From Candidatus Bathyarchaeota archaeon (GTDB lineage Archaea > Thermoproteota > Bathyarchaeia > Bathyarchaeales > Bathycorpusculaceae), in NCBI GenBank assembly GCA_963782525.1, contig CAWAKC010000003.1, positions 64,001 to 128,000 on the forward strand: a stretch of DNA of 64,000 nt, read 5' to 3'. Under the pieces are notes generated by a model, which saw nothing but the letters and a program-made list of their open reading frames with translations, was not told the origin of the DNA and made no database searches. The position numbers and the translations under genes are program-made. Below, piece after piece: positions 28,996 to 39,636 of this stretch (positions are counted from its first letter, which is position 1; every line of letters starts with the position of its first letter).

Positions 28996-29780
28996 ATGCC
29001 ATGAGCAAAATAATTGCAGTACATTCATACAAAGGCGGTACAGGAAAAACCCTTTTCTCAGTTAATCTAGCGGCAACATTCGCCAAAGCTGGAAAAAAAG
29101 TATGCGTATTCGACCTCGACTTTCGCGCCCCAAGCTTATTTGCCATCCTTAAAACTCCAAACGCAGATTTCTGGCTCAACGACTACCTAAACAACACCTG
29201 TGAAATCAACAAGACCCTCATAAACTTAAGCAGCCGAATCCCTGGAGACGGAAAATTCTACGCATGCCTTGCCAACCCCTCAACGGAAGCTATCCGCGAC
29301 ATGTCATCAAAAGACCGCAAATGGGAAATGCGTGCTTTAGGTCGATTGTTGGCCCTGCGGGAAACTTTGATTAAAGACCAAAAATTCGACTATCTCTTCT
29401 TCGACACAAGCCCAGGACTCCAATACTCATCCATCAACGCCATCGTGGCTGCGGATTTCGTGGTTGTGGCAACAACTGGCGACCGGTCAGACGTAGACGG
29501 AACAAAACGTATGCTAATTGAACTCTACAACCTTTTCGAAAAGAAGACAGGTTTGGTTCTAAACAAAGTGCTCGATCCTTCAATAACAGCAAAGAAAGCT
29601 GAAATGCAGGCCAAAATCAAAACTGAGTACCAAGTGCCGATGCTAGGTATGGTGCCGTGTTTCTGTGAAATCTTGCGAGCGGAAGGAAACCTGATTTTCG
29701 TGCAGGATAAACCTGACCATCCTTTCACTAAGATACTTGCTGAGATGTCTAAGAAAATAGAAAACAACGAAGTAGAATAA
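28992..29780 (+). CDS. MinD/ParA-family ATPase
   Basis: Deviant Walker A KGGTGKT, DLDFRAP, DTSPG. Confidence 0.88.
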   Translation: MNAMSKIIAVHSYKGGTGKTLFSVNLAATFAKAGKKVCVFDLDFRAPSLFAILKTPNADFWLNDYLNNTCEINKTLINLSSRIPGDGKFYACLANPSTEAIRDMSSKDRKWEMRALGRLLALRETLIKDQKFDYLFFDTSPGLQYSSINAIVAADFVVVATTGDRSDVDGTKRMLIELYNLFEKKTGLVLNKVLDPSITAKKAEMQAKIKTEYQVPMLGMVPCFCEILRAEGNLIFVQDKPDHPFTKILAEMSKKIENNEVE

Positions 29781-29824
29781 CCACCTTCTTTTTCTTTAAC
29801 AAAAAAGCTTAAACAATACTGCGC

Positions 29825-30514
29825 ATGCTAGAATTTCCTGATTGGAGATGTGTTTGTTTGGATAGGTCAGCTGTTATCTTGGCTAGTGATTCATCCGCGA
29901 AGTTCAGCGGTGATAAGGGACTTTTGGATTTACATGGAAAACCCTTAATCAACCATGTGATTGATGCTGTGAAAGGTCTTGTCGATGAAATCATCGTTGT
30001 TACTGGTTCGCAGCAATGCGCTGACCTGTATGAAAAAGTGGTTTCTTCAGATGTCAAGTTTGTAGTTGACGATTACGAATCCAAGGGACTTTTAGCCGGA
30101 GTTATTGCAGGTTTTGAAGCGTCCCAAAGCGAATACTCAGCGCTTTTGCCCTTTGACAGTCCCTTTGTTTCCCAAGAAGTTATGTCATTGCTCTTTGACT
30201 GCGCCATTGGAAAAGCCGCAGTTATTCCAAGGTCAACCGACATGGTATGTGAACCCCTACACGCTGTTTACCATACCAAACAAGCGTTGCAAGCAGCTAA
30301 AGAGGCGTTGGCTAATAACGAAGTTGACCTGCAACCGATGGTGGATAAACTGCGGGGCGTACGTTACATGTCTATAATGGTGATTGAGCAGTTGGATCCG
30401 GACTTGAAAACGTTCTTCAGAGTAAAAACTACCTTTGATTTGAAAAAAGCAGAAGTCATGGGTAAGACAAGGAAAACTTATAAAACAAAAGGTAACGTCA
30501 AACAAAAAAGGTAA
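29825..30514 (+). CDS. mobA: molybdenum cofactor guanylyltransferase-like protein
   Basis: AVILA..S.KF.GDKGL, DSPF, EPLHAVY; Gly-rich loop degenerate. Confidence 0.75.
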   Translation: MLEFPDWRCVCLDRSAVILASDSSAKFSGDKGLLDLHGKPLINHVIDAVKGLVDEIIVVTGSQQCADLYEKVVSSDVKFVVDDYESKGLLAGVIAGFEASQSEYSALLPFDSPFVSQEVMSLLFDCAIGKAAVIPRSTDMVCEPLHAVYHTKQALQAAKEALANNEVDLQPMVDKLRGVRYMSIMVIEQLDPDLKTFFRVKTTFDLKKAEVMGKTRKTYKTKGNVKQKR

Positions 30515-30570
30515 AAACATTTTTTTAAGCATTGAAATTTAAATAACTTTTTCTTTTTCGTTTCTGAATG

Positions 30571-31377
30571 TTAGCGTTCTATCTTTAATGAAGTCATTGT
30601 TAGTGAACCGGCAACTGGTTTATCGTTGAAGAAAGTTATTTCTTCGTCTTCTTCTTTCAGTGCCAATGCATACAGCAGAGGCAGATAATGTTCAGGTGTT
30701 GGGATTGCTAAATCGAATGCCCTGCCTTGAGATCTGTAATCAATCAACTGCTGATGGTTATTGTTTACGATGAATTTTTTCATTCGGTTACTTGCTTCTA
30801 TTGCCCAGTCATAGCCAAAACCTGAGTCCAAGTTGTCCCAAGCAAGCAGGCCCAAGTTATGAACCATGTTTCCGCTTCCAACAATCAAAACATCTTTGCG
30901 AAGTGTCGACAACTCTTTTGATAAATCATAATGGAACTGGGCTGGTTTAGAATATTCCAAACTCATCTGCACTACTGGGACATCAGCCTCTGGAAAAATT
31001 CGTTTTAGAACAACCCAGCAGCCATGGTCAAGTCCCCAATCATAATCCAAGCTGACCTTTGTTTTAGTTACTAAATCCACAACTTCTTTAGCTAAAATTG
31101 GGTTGCCAGATGGGGGGTACTGTACCTGATACAATTGCGGAGGAAAACCGTAGAAATCATGAATAGTTTTGGGTTTATCCATTGCAGTGACGAAGGTGCC
31201 TTTGGTTTCCCAATGTGCAGAAACACATAGAACTGCTTTGGGTTTGGGAATTTTCTTTCTAATTTCTCTGAATCCCTCTACGAACTCGTTTTCTTCAATG
31301 CCGTTCATGGGGTTTCCGTGTCCCAAAAAGAGAACAGGCATTCGTTTTGCAGACTGGATGTCTTCTCTGCTTTTCAT
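30571..31377 (-). CDS. ygiD: 4,5-DOPA extradiol dioxygenase family (YgiD/LigB)
   Basis: GHGNPM, SAHW, IHDFYGFP, GLDHG, GSGNMVHNL, PTPEHYLPL. Confidence 0.9.
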   Translation of the reverse strand: MKSREDIQSAKRMPVLFLGHGNPMNGIEENEFVEGFREIRKKIPKPKAVLCVSAHWETKGTFVTAMDKPKTIHDFYGFPPQLYQVQYPPSGNPILAKEVVDLVTKTKVSLDYDWGLDHGCWVVLKRIFPEADVPVVQMSLEYSKPAQFHYDLSKELSTLRKDVLIVGSGNMVHNLGLLAWDNLDSGFGYDWAIEASNRMKKFIVNNNHQQLIDYRSQGRAFDLAIPTPEHYLPLLYALALKEEDEEITFFNDKPVAGSLTMTSLKIER

Positions 31378-31535
31378 GAGTTTCGCCTCATTAAATTCTA
31401 TTTGAGAGATGGGATAAACCTTTTCTACTCAACTATTGATCTGCTTTTTGTATTTGCTTTCTTGCGCTCTCTTGCTGTTGTAGTGAGGCAGCAACCACAA
31501 ACGGTTATGTTATCAAACGCAAAACTATCTCTAGA

Positions 31536-32549
31536 TTGCTAATGTCGGATATAATTACTGTGAAGAATCTTGTTGAAATCTATTCTGACGGCACTAAAGC
31601 TGTGGACGATATCACTTTCAACGTGGCAGATGGCGAATTCTTTGGTTTTTTAGGTCCTAACGGCGCAGGGAAAAGTACCACCATCAAAATCCTGACCTCT
31701 CTACTCAGGAAAACTTCCGGAGAAGTTACAGTGGCAGGTTTTAACTTGGACAAAGATGCTGCTGCAATCCGTAAAATAATCGGTGTACAAAGTCAGGAAA
31801 CAACGGTTGACGGTGATCTTACAGGCAGAGAAAACATTGACTTGCAGGGTCATTTTCACCAGATGAAAACCAGCGACATAAAAGCAAGGGTTAATGAGCT
31901 TATAAAATTAGTTGGGCTCGAAGAGGCTGCCGATCGACGTGCCAGAAACTATTCTGGAGGCATGAAAAAACGGCTTGACCTTGCCACGGCTCTCGTTCAT
32001 AAGCCTAAGCTTCTGTTCTTAGATGAACCGACTACTGGTTTGGATCCTCAATCGCGCTCTGCAATTTGGAGTTATTTGGAAAAACTAAACAAAGAAGAAG
32101 GTATAACAATTTTTTTGACAACCCAGTATTTAGAAGAAGCCGACAAGCTTTGCAAACGCCTTTCAATAATTGATTATGGAAAAATCGTTGCAAGTGGCTC
32201 TCCTGCTGAGTTGAAACGTGAAATCGGCGCGGATTCTATCAGGGTTTCCCTTGATGACTGTAAAAAGGACGGTGCTCAAGCCAAGGAGATTATCAAGAGC
32301 ATGACTGGCGTTACTCAAATAATTGATTCAGAGGAATGTCTGACAGTTTTCGCTAAGAATGCAGGTCCCTTAATCGCTGATATTGTTCGGGCGTTAGACA
32401 GCAGCGATATTAGACTTGCCTCAGTTACTTTTTCTTCGCCTTCTCTTGATGATGTCTTCATAAAGCACACTGGCAGACGCATAAGAGCTGAAGAATTAGT
32501 CAAGGCTCCTAGCTCAGCTTTTGGCGGAAGATTCGGTGGAAGGAGATAA
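31536..32549 (+). CDS. ABC-2 exporter ATP-binding subunit (DrrA-like)
   Basis: GPNGAGKST, YSGGM, LDEPTTGLD. Confidence 0.92.
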   Translation: MLMSDIITVKNLVEIYSDGTKAVDDITFNVADGEFFGFLGPNGAGKSTTIKILTSLLRKTSGEVTVAGFNLDKDAAAIRKIIGVQSQETTVDGDLTGRENIDLQGHFHQMKTSDIKARVNELIKLVGLEEAADRRARNYSGGMKKRLDLATALVHKPKLLFLDEPTTGLDPQSRSAIWSYLEKLNKEEGITIFLTTQYLEEADKLCKRLSIIDYGKIVASGSPAELKREIGADSIRVSLDDCKKDGAQAKEIIKSMTGVTQIIDSEECLTVFAKNAGPLIADIVRALDSSDIRLASVTFSSPSLDDVFIKHTGRRIRAEELVKAPSSAFGGRFGGRR

Positions 32550-32553
32550 GAAA

Positions 32554-33327
32554 ATGACCCTACTATCTGACACACGATACATATTCATACGGTACATGAA
32601 AAAACTCGTTCGAACCCCCATTCTACTGTTCTTTTCACTCTTTCAACCCCTGCTGTTCTTGCTGCTTTTTACTCAGTTGCTAGGCAGACTTGGAAATTTC
32701 CCAGGAATACTACCCGTTGGCGTTAGTTATCTAGAGTTTGCTGCTGCAGGAATATTAATGCAGAACGCTTTTGGAAGCGCATTACAGTCGGGAAACTCTA
32801 TTGTCGCCGACATAGACTCGGGATTTTTGCAGAAAATGCTCGTTACACCTGTGAGTCGTCCTGCGATTTTGCTGGGACGATTGAGTAGTGACGCTTTTAG
32901 AGTAATTATTCAGACCGCTATAATTCTTGGGTTAGCCTATGCTTTAGGTGCCTACGTTGTAACCGGCGTTGTTGGAATTGTAGGTATCTTCTTTACGCTT
33001 GCGTTCTTTGGGCTTGCATGGTCAGGAATTTCCTTGGCACTAGGCATGAAGACAAGAAGTTCCGAGACAGTTTTCGCAATTGGCGGCGTTATCACTTTTC
33101 CATTGCTCTTCTTAAGTCCAGCACTGTTCCCGATAAGTTTCCTGCCCGACTGGGTTAAAACCGTATCAATGTTTAACCCCGTAAGTTACGCAGTTGACGC
33201 CAGCCGAGCCTTTATGATTACTGGTTACGACTGGGCCACGATACTTCCCGCTTGGGGTGTAATCGGGTTAGTTGCCCTAATAACCATGAGCGCCACGTTA
33301 TACCAGTTTAGAAAAGTAGTCAGCTAA
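32554..33327 (+). CDS. ABC-2 exporter permease
   Basis: 6-TM protein, NPVSYAVDA motif. Confidence 0.9.
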   Translation: MTLLSDTRYIFIRYMKKLVRTPILLFFSLFQPLLFLLLFTQLLGRLGNFPGILPVGVSYLEFAAAGILMQNAFGSALQSGNSIVADIDSGFLQKMLVTPVSRPAILLGRLSSDAFRVIIQTAIILGLAYALGAYVVTGVVGIVGIFFTLAFFGLAWSGISLALGMKTRSSETVFAIGGVITFPLLFLSPALFPISFLPDWVKTVSMFNPVSYAVDASRAFMITGYDWATILPAWGVIGLVALITMSATLYQFRKVVS

Positions 33328-33337
33328 AAAGCTGACT

Positions 33338-33548
33338 CTACTTAACAGGGTAAACATGCGCATCAACATCAGCAGGTTCAGATAGCCGCTTAATTCTGAC
33401 TTCAATTAACTCAGGCGCCGCAGCGTCAAGCCCTTTTAAGGTTTTAGAGAACCCCATCATTATGTTGCCTATGGTTTCCTGCACAAAATTGTTTAAAGGA
33501 AGTTTGTTTCCATCGATGTACATTTCTGCTTCAAAACTTTTTTTCATT
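33338..33548 (-). CDS. small conserved protein resembling archaeal MobB C-terminal extension
   Basis: IDGNKLPLNNFVQ...TLKG. Confidence 0.55.
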
Positions 33549-33808
33549 ATTCGGTGGCTTTCTTCCAAAAAATTCACCATCTAAACCTCTATTTATGCGC
33601 TGATAAAAGAATTTTGCTTAATTCTTAGTTGTAGACGGCTCAGAAGGGTTTTGCATCCTCTATAGCTTATGATCACTCGTTTAATCTATATACTTTGATG
33701 CTGGATTATGGGGAAAAACGTCTGTTTTATGTAACAACTAATATACTTGAACGCTAATTAGCTCCAAACTGAGCAAAATCTACTACTCTGACAAAAAGGA
33801 GCGGCGCC

Positions 33809-35503
33809 GTGCTTAGTAAACTCTGGAACACATTAAATGCACTGTCCTCAAAAAAACCCTTAAAGTACACCCTCTATCTCTCTGCAATCATCATCTTTTT
33901 TGCGATAATTCTTATACCCCCAATTATCGGTATTCTTCTGAAGGCTGGAACAGTACAAAATGTTCTTAACGACCCAGCATTAACGAATTTGGCTTTAGTT
34001 GCAGTCTCTAACTCTTTCATCATCGCTTTAATCGTTGCTGCCTTGGACCTTCTTGCTGGGGTTCCTTTGGCATGGTTGATTACCCGAGGCAAATCTCGAT
34101 GGCTAAGCGTCTTGGACACGTTTGCCGATATTCCTTTCGTCGTACCAACGGCGGCTTTAGGATATTCTATTCTGCTGTTTTGGAGTTCAAGCGGCGGAAT
34201 ATCCTCACTTTTCGGTTACTCGCTTGTTTCTCCCGGTTGGCTTTTGGTCCTGCTTTTGCATTTCACTTTCTCATTCCCAGTTGTTGTCCGAGTCATCGTT
34301 GGCGCTTTACTAGACTACAAGATGGAGTATGAACGTGCATCACGGACGCTGGGCGCACCGCCTTTAACGGCTTCCAGAACCGTTACTTTCCCAATCATAA
34401 AGCCCTCCCTAATAGCCGCTTTCTCTTTGGCTTTTGCACGTTCCCTTTCAGAGACCGGAGCAACCTTCATTGTGGCGGGAGCTTTCGTAAATGGCCCTGT
34501 CTTCATTCAAGGCTTAAAGAATCAGCTTGCAAGCGGAATCCCTGTACCCATTACTCAAGCCACATACGAGGGAGGAACCGTTTTTGCCAGCATTATCCTA
34601 ATAGTTGTTTCATTGGTTATATTCGGTTTGATTCGGGTTTTAGGCAAAAAGTTAACGTTGCCTTTTGGCAAGGGCTTACCGCTGATTGAGAAAAAACTCA
34701 GTTACAAGAAAACAGCTTGGACACGAAACGGCGTAGCTTTGGCGGTTTTCTTGATTATTGTGTTGATTCCATCGCTTTTTGTTGCGTTGCCAGCATTCCA
34801 AGCCATTGCTACGGGAAACACTCTTGTTCAGGCGTTTACTGGGCAGAGTATCTGGGGAAGCTTCTGGCAAAGTCTGTTGCTCTCATACGGTTTAGGCGCC
34901 ATAGTCACGTTGCTGGGCATTTTGACTGGTATTCCTATGGCTATTCTGATTGCCCGAAAAACCTTCGGCAAATATCCGTCCGTAATCCTTGATACCTTAA
35001 TTAACATTCCATTAATTGTGCCTTCCATAGCGTTAGGTATTTCCTTGAAGTTTTTCTGGCAAGGCGTCCCTGGTATTCCTGAATTTCTGCTGCTTGTATT
35101 CGCTCACTTATCGATTACTTATCCGTACTTCGTTAGGTCCATGTCGGCGGCGATGGAGAGAATAAACGTTGATTTGGAAGAAGCCGCCAAAACCTTAGGC
35201 GCCAAACCCTTCACTGTCTTCAAAACAATCGTGCTGCCGATCACGAAGTACTCGATTCTTTCAGGTGCAATCATCGTATTCACAAGAAGTGTAAGCGAAA
35301 CGGGGGCGACGTTAGCCGTAACTTCTAAGCTTGTAACTGCGCCTGTTCTGCTGGTTAACTGGGTGAATTCGATTCGAGGTATTACAGATTCAATCGCTGG
35401 AGTCAACTCATTAACCGTGGGTTTAGCCTGCGGCTTTTTGATACTGTTCAGCTTCATCATCCTGCTAGTTTTAAGGCTATTAACTAGAAAAGGAAAGGTT
35501 TAG
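33809..35503 (+). CDS. ABC importer permease, duplicated domain (FbpB/ThiP/ModB-like)
   Basis: Two EAA loops (ERASRTLGA, EEAAKTLGA), two RSxSETGAT motifs. Confidence 0.88.
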   Translation: MLSKLWNTLNALSSKKPLKYTLYLSAIIIFFAIILIPPIIGILLKAGTVQNVLNDPALTNLALVAVSNSFIIALIVAALDLLAGVPLAWLITRGKSRWLSVLDTFADIPFVVPTAALGYSILLFWSSSGGISSLFGYSLVSPGWLLVLLLHFTFSFPVVVRVIVGALLDYKMEYERASRTLGAPPLTASRTVTFPIIKPSLIAAFSLAFARSLSETGATFIVAGAFVNGPVFIQGLKNQLASGIPVPITQATYEGGTVFASIILIVVSLVIFGLIRVLGKKLTLPFGKGLPLIEKKLSYKKTAWTRNGVALAVFLIIVLIPSLFVALPAFQAIATGNTLVQAFTGQSIWGSFWQSLLLSYGLGAIVTLLGILTGIPMAILIARKTFGKYPSVILDTLINIPLIVPSIALGISLKFFWQGVPGIPEFLLLVFAHLSITYPYFVRSMSAAMERINVDLEEAAKTLGAKPFTVFKTIVLPITKYSILSGAIIVFTRSVSETGATLAVTSKLVTAPVLLVNWVNSIRGITDSIAGVNSLTVGLACGFLILFSFIILLVLRLLTRKGKV

Positions 35504-35554
35504 AATGGCAAATCATAAAAACTCCAAGAACGCTTCAAAGAGAGAGAGCCAATA

Positions 35555-36655
35555 ATGCCCGATGTCCGAGTCGTAAACGTCACAAAAAAATACGGCAAAC
35601 TCTACGCCTTAGACAACGTCAGCTTAACCATACACGACCAAGAATACTTCTCTTTACTTGGACCAAGCGGCTGCGGCAAAACAACACTTCTTCGGGTAAT
35701 CGCCGGGCTAATTGAGCCTGATAGCGGTGAAATCTACATCGGCGACCGACGTGTCGATAAGTTACCACCTGAAGACCGCGACATCGGCTTTGTCTTCCAA
35801 ACCTTCGCCCTCTTTCCACACATGACCGCTTGGAGCAATGTGCTTTATGGTCCGAAAGTTAAGAATTATAACGCTAAACAGGCGGAAACGATTGGGCACG
35901 AAGTTCTCGAACTTGTAAAGCTCAACGAACGTTTGAATGCTTATCCGAGCGAGCTTAGCGGCGGAATGATGCAGAGGATTGCAGTTGCCCGAGCGTTGGC
36001 TGCAGGCGCCAAAACCCTGCTCTTAGATGAACCCCTTGGACAACTGGACGCGAAAGTCCGCAACGAGATACGCTATGAAATACGTCGAATGGCGAAGGAC
36101 CTTAAATTAACAGCAATCCACGTCACCCATGACCAAGCAGAAGCCATGTCCATCTCAGACCGCATTGCCGTCATGAAGAAAGGCAAGATTGTTCAGGTTG
36201 GATCATCGCAGGAACTCTACATGCACCCCAACAGCTTATTTGTAGCTCATTTTATCGGAGAATCCAACTTTTTAGAAGGCTATATCACTAAGGCAAACGG
36301 TGAATCAGAAATTGAGTTGCGAGAGGGCCTAAAGATTAAAGCTTTAAACCAGTTGAACATCAAGCAGGGCGAACGAGTAGTTTTAGCTATAAGACCTGAA
36401 ACATGCGAAATGAAGAAAGGGCACATTGTGGCTGAGAATAGTTTGTTTGGAAAAGTTGAAAAGGCGACATTTGAGGGAATTGTTGTTCGATATGAGATTA
36501 GGTTGGATAACGGTGACCGCTTTGTTATTAATAGGCCGTCGTTAACTGAGGAGTGGGGCAAGATCGGTGAAGACGTGACGATAACTTATCCATTGGATAA
36601 AGCACATTTGTTCCCGTATCCAGAAGCAGGTTTAACTGAGGAAATCAGAGTCTGA
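35555..36655 (+). CDS. ABC importer ATP-binding subunit (PotA/FbpC-like, TOBE domain)
   Basis: GPSGCGKT, LSGG, LLDEP, VTHDQ. Confidence 0.92.
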   Translation: MPDVRVVNVTKKYGKLYALDNVSLTIHDQEYFSLLGPSGCGKTTLLRVIAGLIEPDSGEIYIGDRRVDKLPPEDRDIGFVFQTFALFPHMTAWSNVLYGPKVKNYNAKQAETIGHEVLELVKLNERLNAYPSELSGGMMQRIAVARALAAGAKTLLLDEPLGQLDAKVRNEIRYEIRRMAKDLKLTAIHVTHDQAEAMSISDRIAVMKKGKIVQVGSSQELYMHPNSLFVAHFIGESNFLEGYITKANGESEIELREGLKIKALNQLNIKQGERVVLAIRPETCEMKKGHIVAENSLFGKVEKATFEGIVVRYEIRLDNGDRFVINRPSLTEEWGKIGEDVTITYPLDKAHLFPYPEAGLTEEIRV

Positions 36656-37184
36656 TTTCCCACTAACTGCTTCTTTCTTCGTATTTTAACAGCTTGCTAA
36701 CCGCTAATCAAACTTATTAGCTGTTAGGACTTATGAAGAGTTTGCGCTTCTGTTAATTGTAATATGCAGTAGGAGGGCTTTTCAGTTTGATTCTTTACTT
36801 GGAAAGACGTTAGCATGGAACAGCAGAAACTGAGTTGCATTGTTTTCCATCCTCGATTACTGCCCAAAAAAGCATGAAATTTTGCATATTTTTGTTCTTA
36901 AAATTTAAAAGCAAGTGTAGTATTTTTACTTGAACTAGCTCGGGGTAGTATGGGAGAAACAAGAGCGAATGGAGAGGGTATACTAGGAGGCTCCTTTGGA
37001 AGAGGAGCCTGCTGCACTGAAGACGACTATCTGTCAACGACGCAAAATTTTGGCTATTTGAACAGTTTTAATGCAAATAAACTTAAATATGTTCATGCCA
37101 AAGCTTTTGGATATAAAATCTGCAAATTAAGCATAATCCTCGAGGAAGCTTTAATGACTAAAACCATAAACGGAGAACCAAATT

Positions 37185-37532
37185 ATGGCTTTTGAATTTA
37201 TTACTGAGGCTCTCATCGCATTAGCATTAATTTTTGTTTCAACATACGTAATCTATGCATTAGGCAAACGGTCCGCGCCTAAAACCACGATAAGCGAAAA
37301 CGAACAAGCAGCCTACGCTTGTGGAGAAAAAGTAGCTTTTCGCGGCGTAAAAATCAATGTATCATTATACAAGTACCTGATTTACTTCGTAATCTTTGAC
37401 TCATCCGTTTTAGTTCTTGCATTCGGTTCTTTCTCAATCGCTGGAACAACTAATCCCCTCCTTTTGATCCTCTACCTCGGCATAATCCTCGCAGCGGGCT
37501 TAGTTCTCGTCGAAGGAGGAAAAGAACAATGA
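37185..37532 (+). CDS. NuoA-like membrane subunit
   Basis: 3 TM, YACGE, YFVIFD. Confidence 0.82.
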   Translation: MAFEFITEALIALALIFVSTYVIYALGKRSAPKTTISENEQAAYACGEKVAFRGVKINVSLYKYLIYFVIFDSSVLVLAFGSFSIAGTTNPLLLILYLGIILAAGLVLVEGGKEQ

Positions 37533-38065
37533 CCGACACCAAAACATGGGCACGAGTAAAATCGCCATGGGTCCTGCACTTTAACTCAGGAGCCTGCAAC
37601 GGCTGCGACATCGAAATCGTTGCATTGCTAACCCCAAAATACGATGTAGAACGATTCGGCGTAAAACTTGAGCCTTCACCCCGCCACGCTGATGTCCTGC
37701 TAGTAACAGGATGTGTAACACAACAATGTGCAGAACGACTAAAACGGGTCTACGACCAGATGCCGCAACCTAAATTCGTTGTCGCCATCGGTGCATGTGC
37801 ATGCAGCGGTGGGGTCTTTGAAGGAAACTATAACGTTTTAGGCGGCGTAGACAAAGTAATCCCAGTAACAGCGTACATACCTGGATGCCCACCACGTCCC
37901 GAAGCAATCTTAGATGGTGTGGTGAAGCTTCTAAATGCGTTAAATCCGCCTAAACCCAAAAAGCAGCCTAAACAAGCAAAAACGCCTGAGGTTGCTAAAC
38001 CTGAAGTCGGTGTACAAACGGCTCAGCCAATAGTTGAGGAGGTAAAACCAGTTGTCAAACAATAA
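37529..38065 (+). CDS. group 4 hydrogenase small subunit (NuoB-like)
   Basis: CNGCDIE, SPRHAD, GACACSGG, GCPPRP. Confidence 0.92.
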   Translation: MTDTKTWARVKSPWVLHFNSGACNGCDIEIVALLTPKYDVERFGVKLEPSPRHADVLLVTGCVTQQCAERLKRVYDQMPQPKFVVAIGACACSGGVFEGNYNVLGGVDKVIPVTAYIPGCPPRPEAILDGVVKLLNALNPPKPKKQPKQAKTPEVAKPEVGVQTAQPIVEEVKPVVKQ

Positions 38066-39629
38066 AATAGATATTTTAAAAATAGTAGAATCCAAATTTG
38101 GCGATAAAGTCCAAATTCAACCAGGGCACCTTAGCACTGGCTCAATAATAATTAACAATGGGTTACATCGTGATGTCTTACAAGCGATGATAGAGGCCGA
38201 CGGAAGAACCGGCATCACAGCCATAACAGGTTTAGACCTTGGCGCAACCATAGGCGTATATTACCATGTGCACACCTCCAATGCTTTTGTAACGATCAAA
38301 GCTGAAGTGCCTAAAGAAAACCCAAAAATCCAAACCGTAATTGACATTCATCCAGGCGCAGTCTTCCATGAACTCGAAGTCGCCGACCTTTTAGGCGTCG
38401 TTTTCGAAGGGCATCCAATCTCAGGACACTTTGTCCTCTCAGAAAACTGGCCAGTAGGAGTATACCCGCTCAGGAAAGATGTCAATGCCAGCCAAGTAAA
38501 ACTAGTTCCGACACCGCCATCAGAAGAAATCAAGCTGCCTGAGAACGAAAGACTTGTAAAAATTATCATCGGTCCACAGCATCCAGCGTTGTTGGAGCCA
38601 GAAAAATTCGCTGTTACAGTCGACGGAGAAATAGTAACTAAAGTTGAACCACGCATCGGCTATGTGCACCGCGGTATCGAGAAAGCAACGGAATCACGTA
38701 CCTACCTCCAAGATGTTTACCTGGTTGAAAGAATCTGCGGCATCTGCAACAGTATCCATGCGGCAGCCTTCGTTGAATGTGTCGAAAAAATAGCGAAAAC
38801 AGAAATTCCAGAAAGAGCCAAGTACCTCCGCGTAGTCGCTTTAGAACTCAACAGGTTGCACAGTCACCTCTTGACTCTGGGTCATGCAGGATTAGAAATC
38901 GGCTATGAAACATTGTTCCAGTATTTCTGGAGAGACCGAGAACCAATCATGGATTTAATCGAGTTAACCAGTGGCAACCGCGTTTACTCCTCACTGATGA
39001 CTGTAGGCGGCGTGCGACGTGACATAAAAGAGGCTGATATTCCCAAAATTAAATCTACCCTCAAAACTCTTCGTGGACAGTTGCCATTCTACCGACAAGT
39101 TTACCAAAATGAGCCATCGCTAAAGCTGCGTATGGTAAATGTAGGCGTGCTGAAAAGAGAAGATGCCCTCAAACTTTCAGTGGTTGGTCCAGTAGCACGA
39201 GGTTCAGGCGTTGACATCGACGTACGCAAAGACGAACCATACGAAGCCTACGGCGAAATTCCCTTCAAAGAAATAGTCTACAAAGAAGGCGATACATGGG
39301 CAAGAATGAACGTTCGCCTGGATGAAGTAGAAGAAAGCATCAACATCATCGAATACGCAGTCGACCACTTGCCAGCAGGACCCTTCAGAATTAACACGCC
39401 CCGCTCTGTACCTGTAGGTGAAGCGGTAAACCGTGTTGAAGCTCCAAGAGGCGAACTCTTCTACTACGTCAGAAGTAACGGAACAGATATGCCTGACCGC
39501 GTAAAAGTTCGCACCCCAACATTCGCTAACATCCCCGCATTCCTCAAGACAGCGATAGGTGAAAGCATTGCCGACGTACCAGCCAACTTTGTTAGCTTAG
39601 ACCCCTGCTTCTCATGCACAGACCGGTGA
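38052..39629 (+). CDS. group 4 [NiFe]-hydrogenase large subunit, NuoC-NuoD fusion
   Basis: NuoC part (E..DLLG..F.GHP, YPLRKD), GPQHP, L1 ERICGIC, L2 DPCFSCTDR at C-terminus. Confidence 0.92.
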   Translation: MSNNKIDILKIVESKFGDKVQIQPGHLSTGSIIINNGLHRDVLQAMIEADGRTGITAITGLDLGATIGVYYHVHTSNAFVTIKAEVPKENPKIQTVIDIHPGAVFHELEVADLLGVVFEGHPISGHFVLSENWPVGVYPLRKDVNASQVKLVPTPPSEEIKLPENERLVKIIIGPQHPALLEPEKFAVTVDGEIVTKVEPRIGYVHRGIEKATESRTYLQDVYLVERICGICNSIHAAAFVECVEKIAKTEIPERAKYLRVVALELNRLHSHLLTLGHAGLEIGYETLFQYFWRDREPIMDLIELTSGNRVYSSLMTVGGVRRDIKEADIPKIKSTLKTLRGQLPFYRQVYQNEPSLKLRMVNVGVLKREDALKLSVVGPVARGSGVDIDVRKDEPYEAYGEIPFKEIVYKEGDTWARMNVRLDEVEESINIIEYAVDHLPAGPFRINTPRSVPVGEAVNRVEAPRGELFYYVRSNGTDMPDRVKVRTPTFANIPAFLKTAIGESIADVPANFVSLDPCFSCTDR

Positions 39630-39636
39630 CCCCGCA

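Noticed and set aside
38052-39629. Ordinary NADH/F420H2 dehydrogenase subunit D
   Set aside because: Both Ni-binding CxxC motifs are retained
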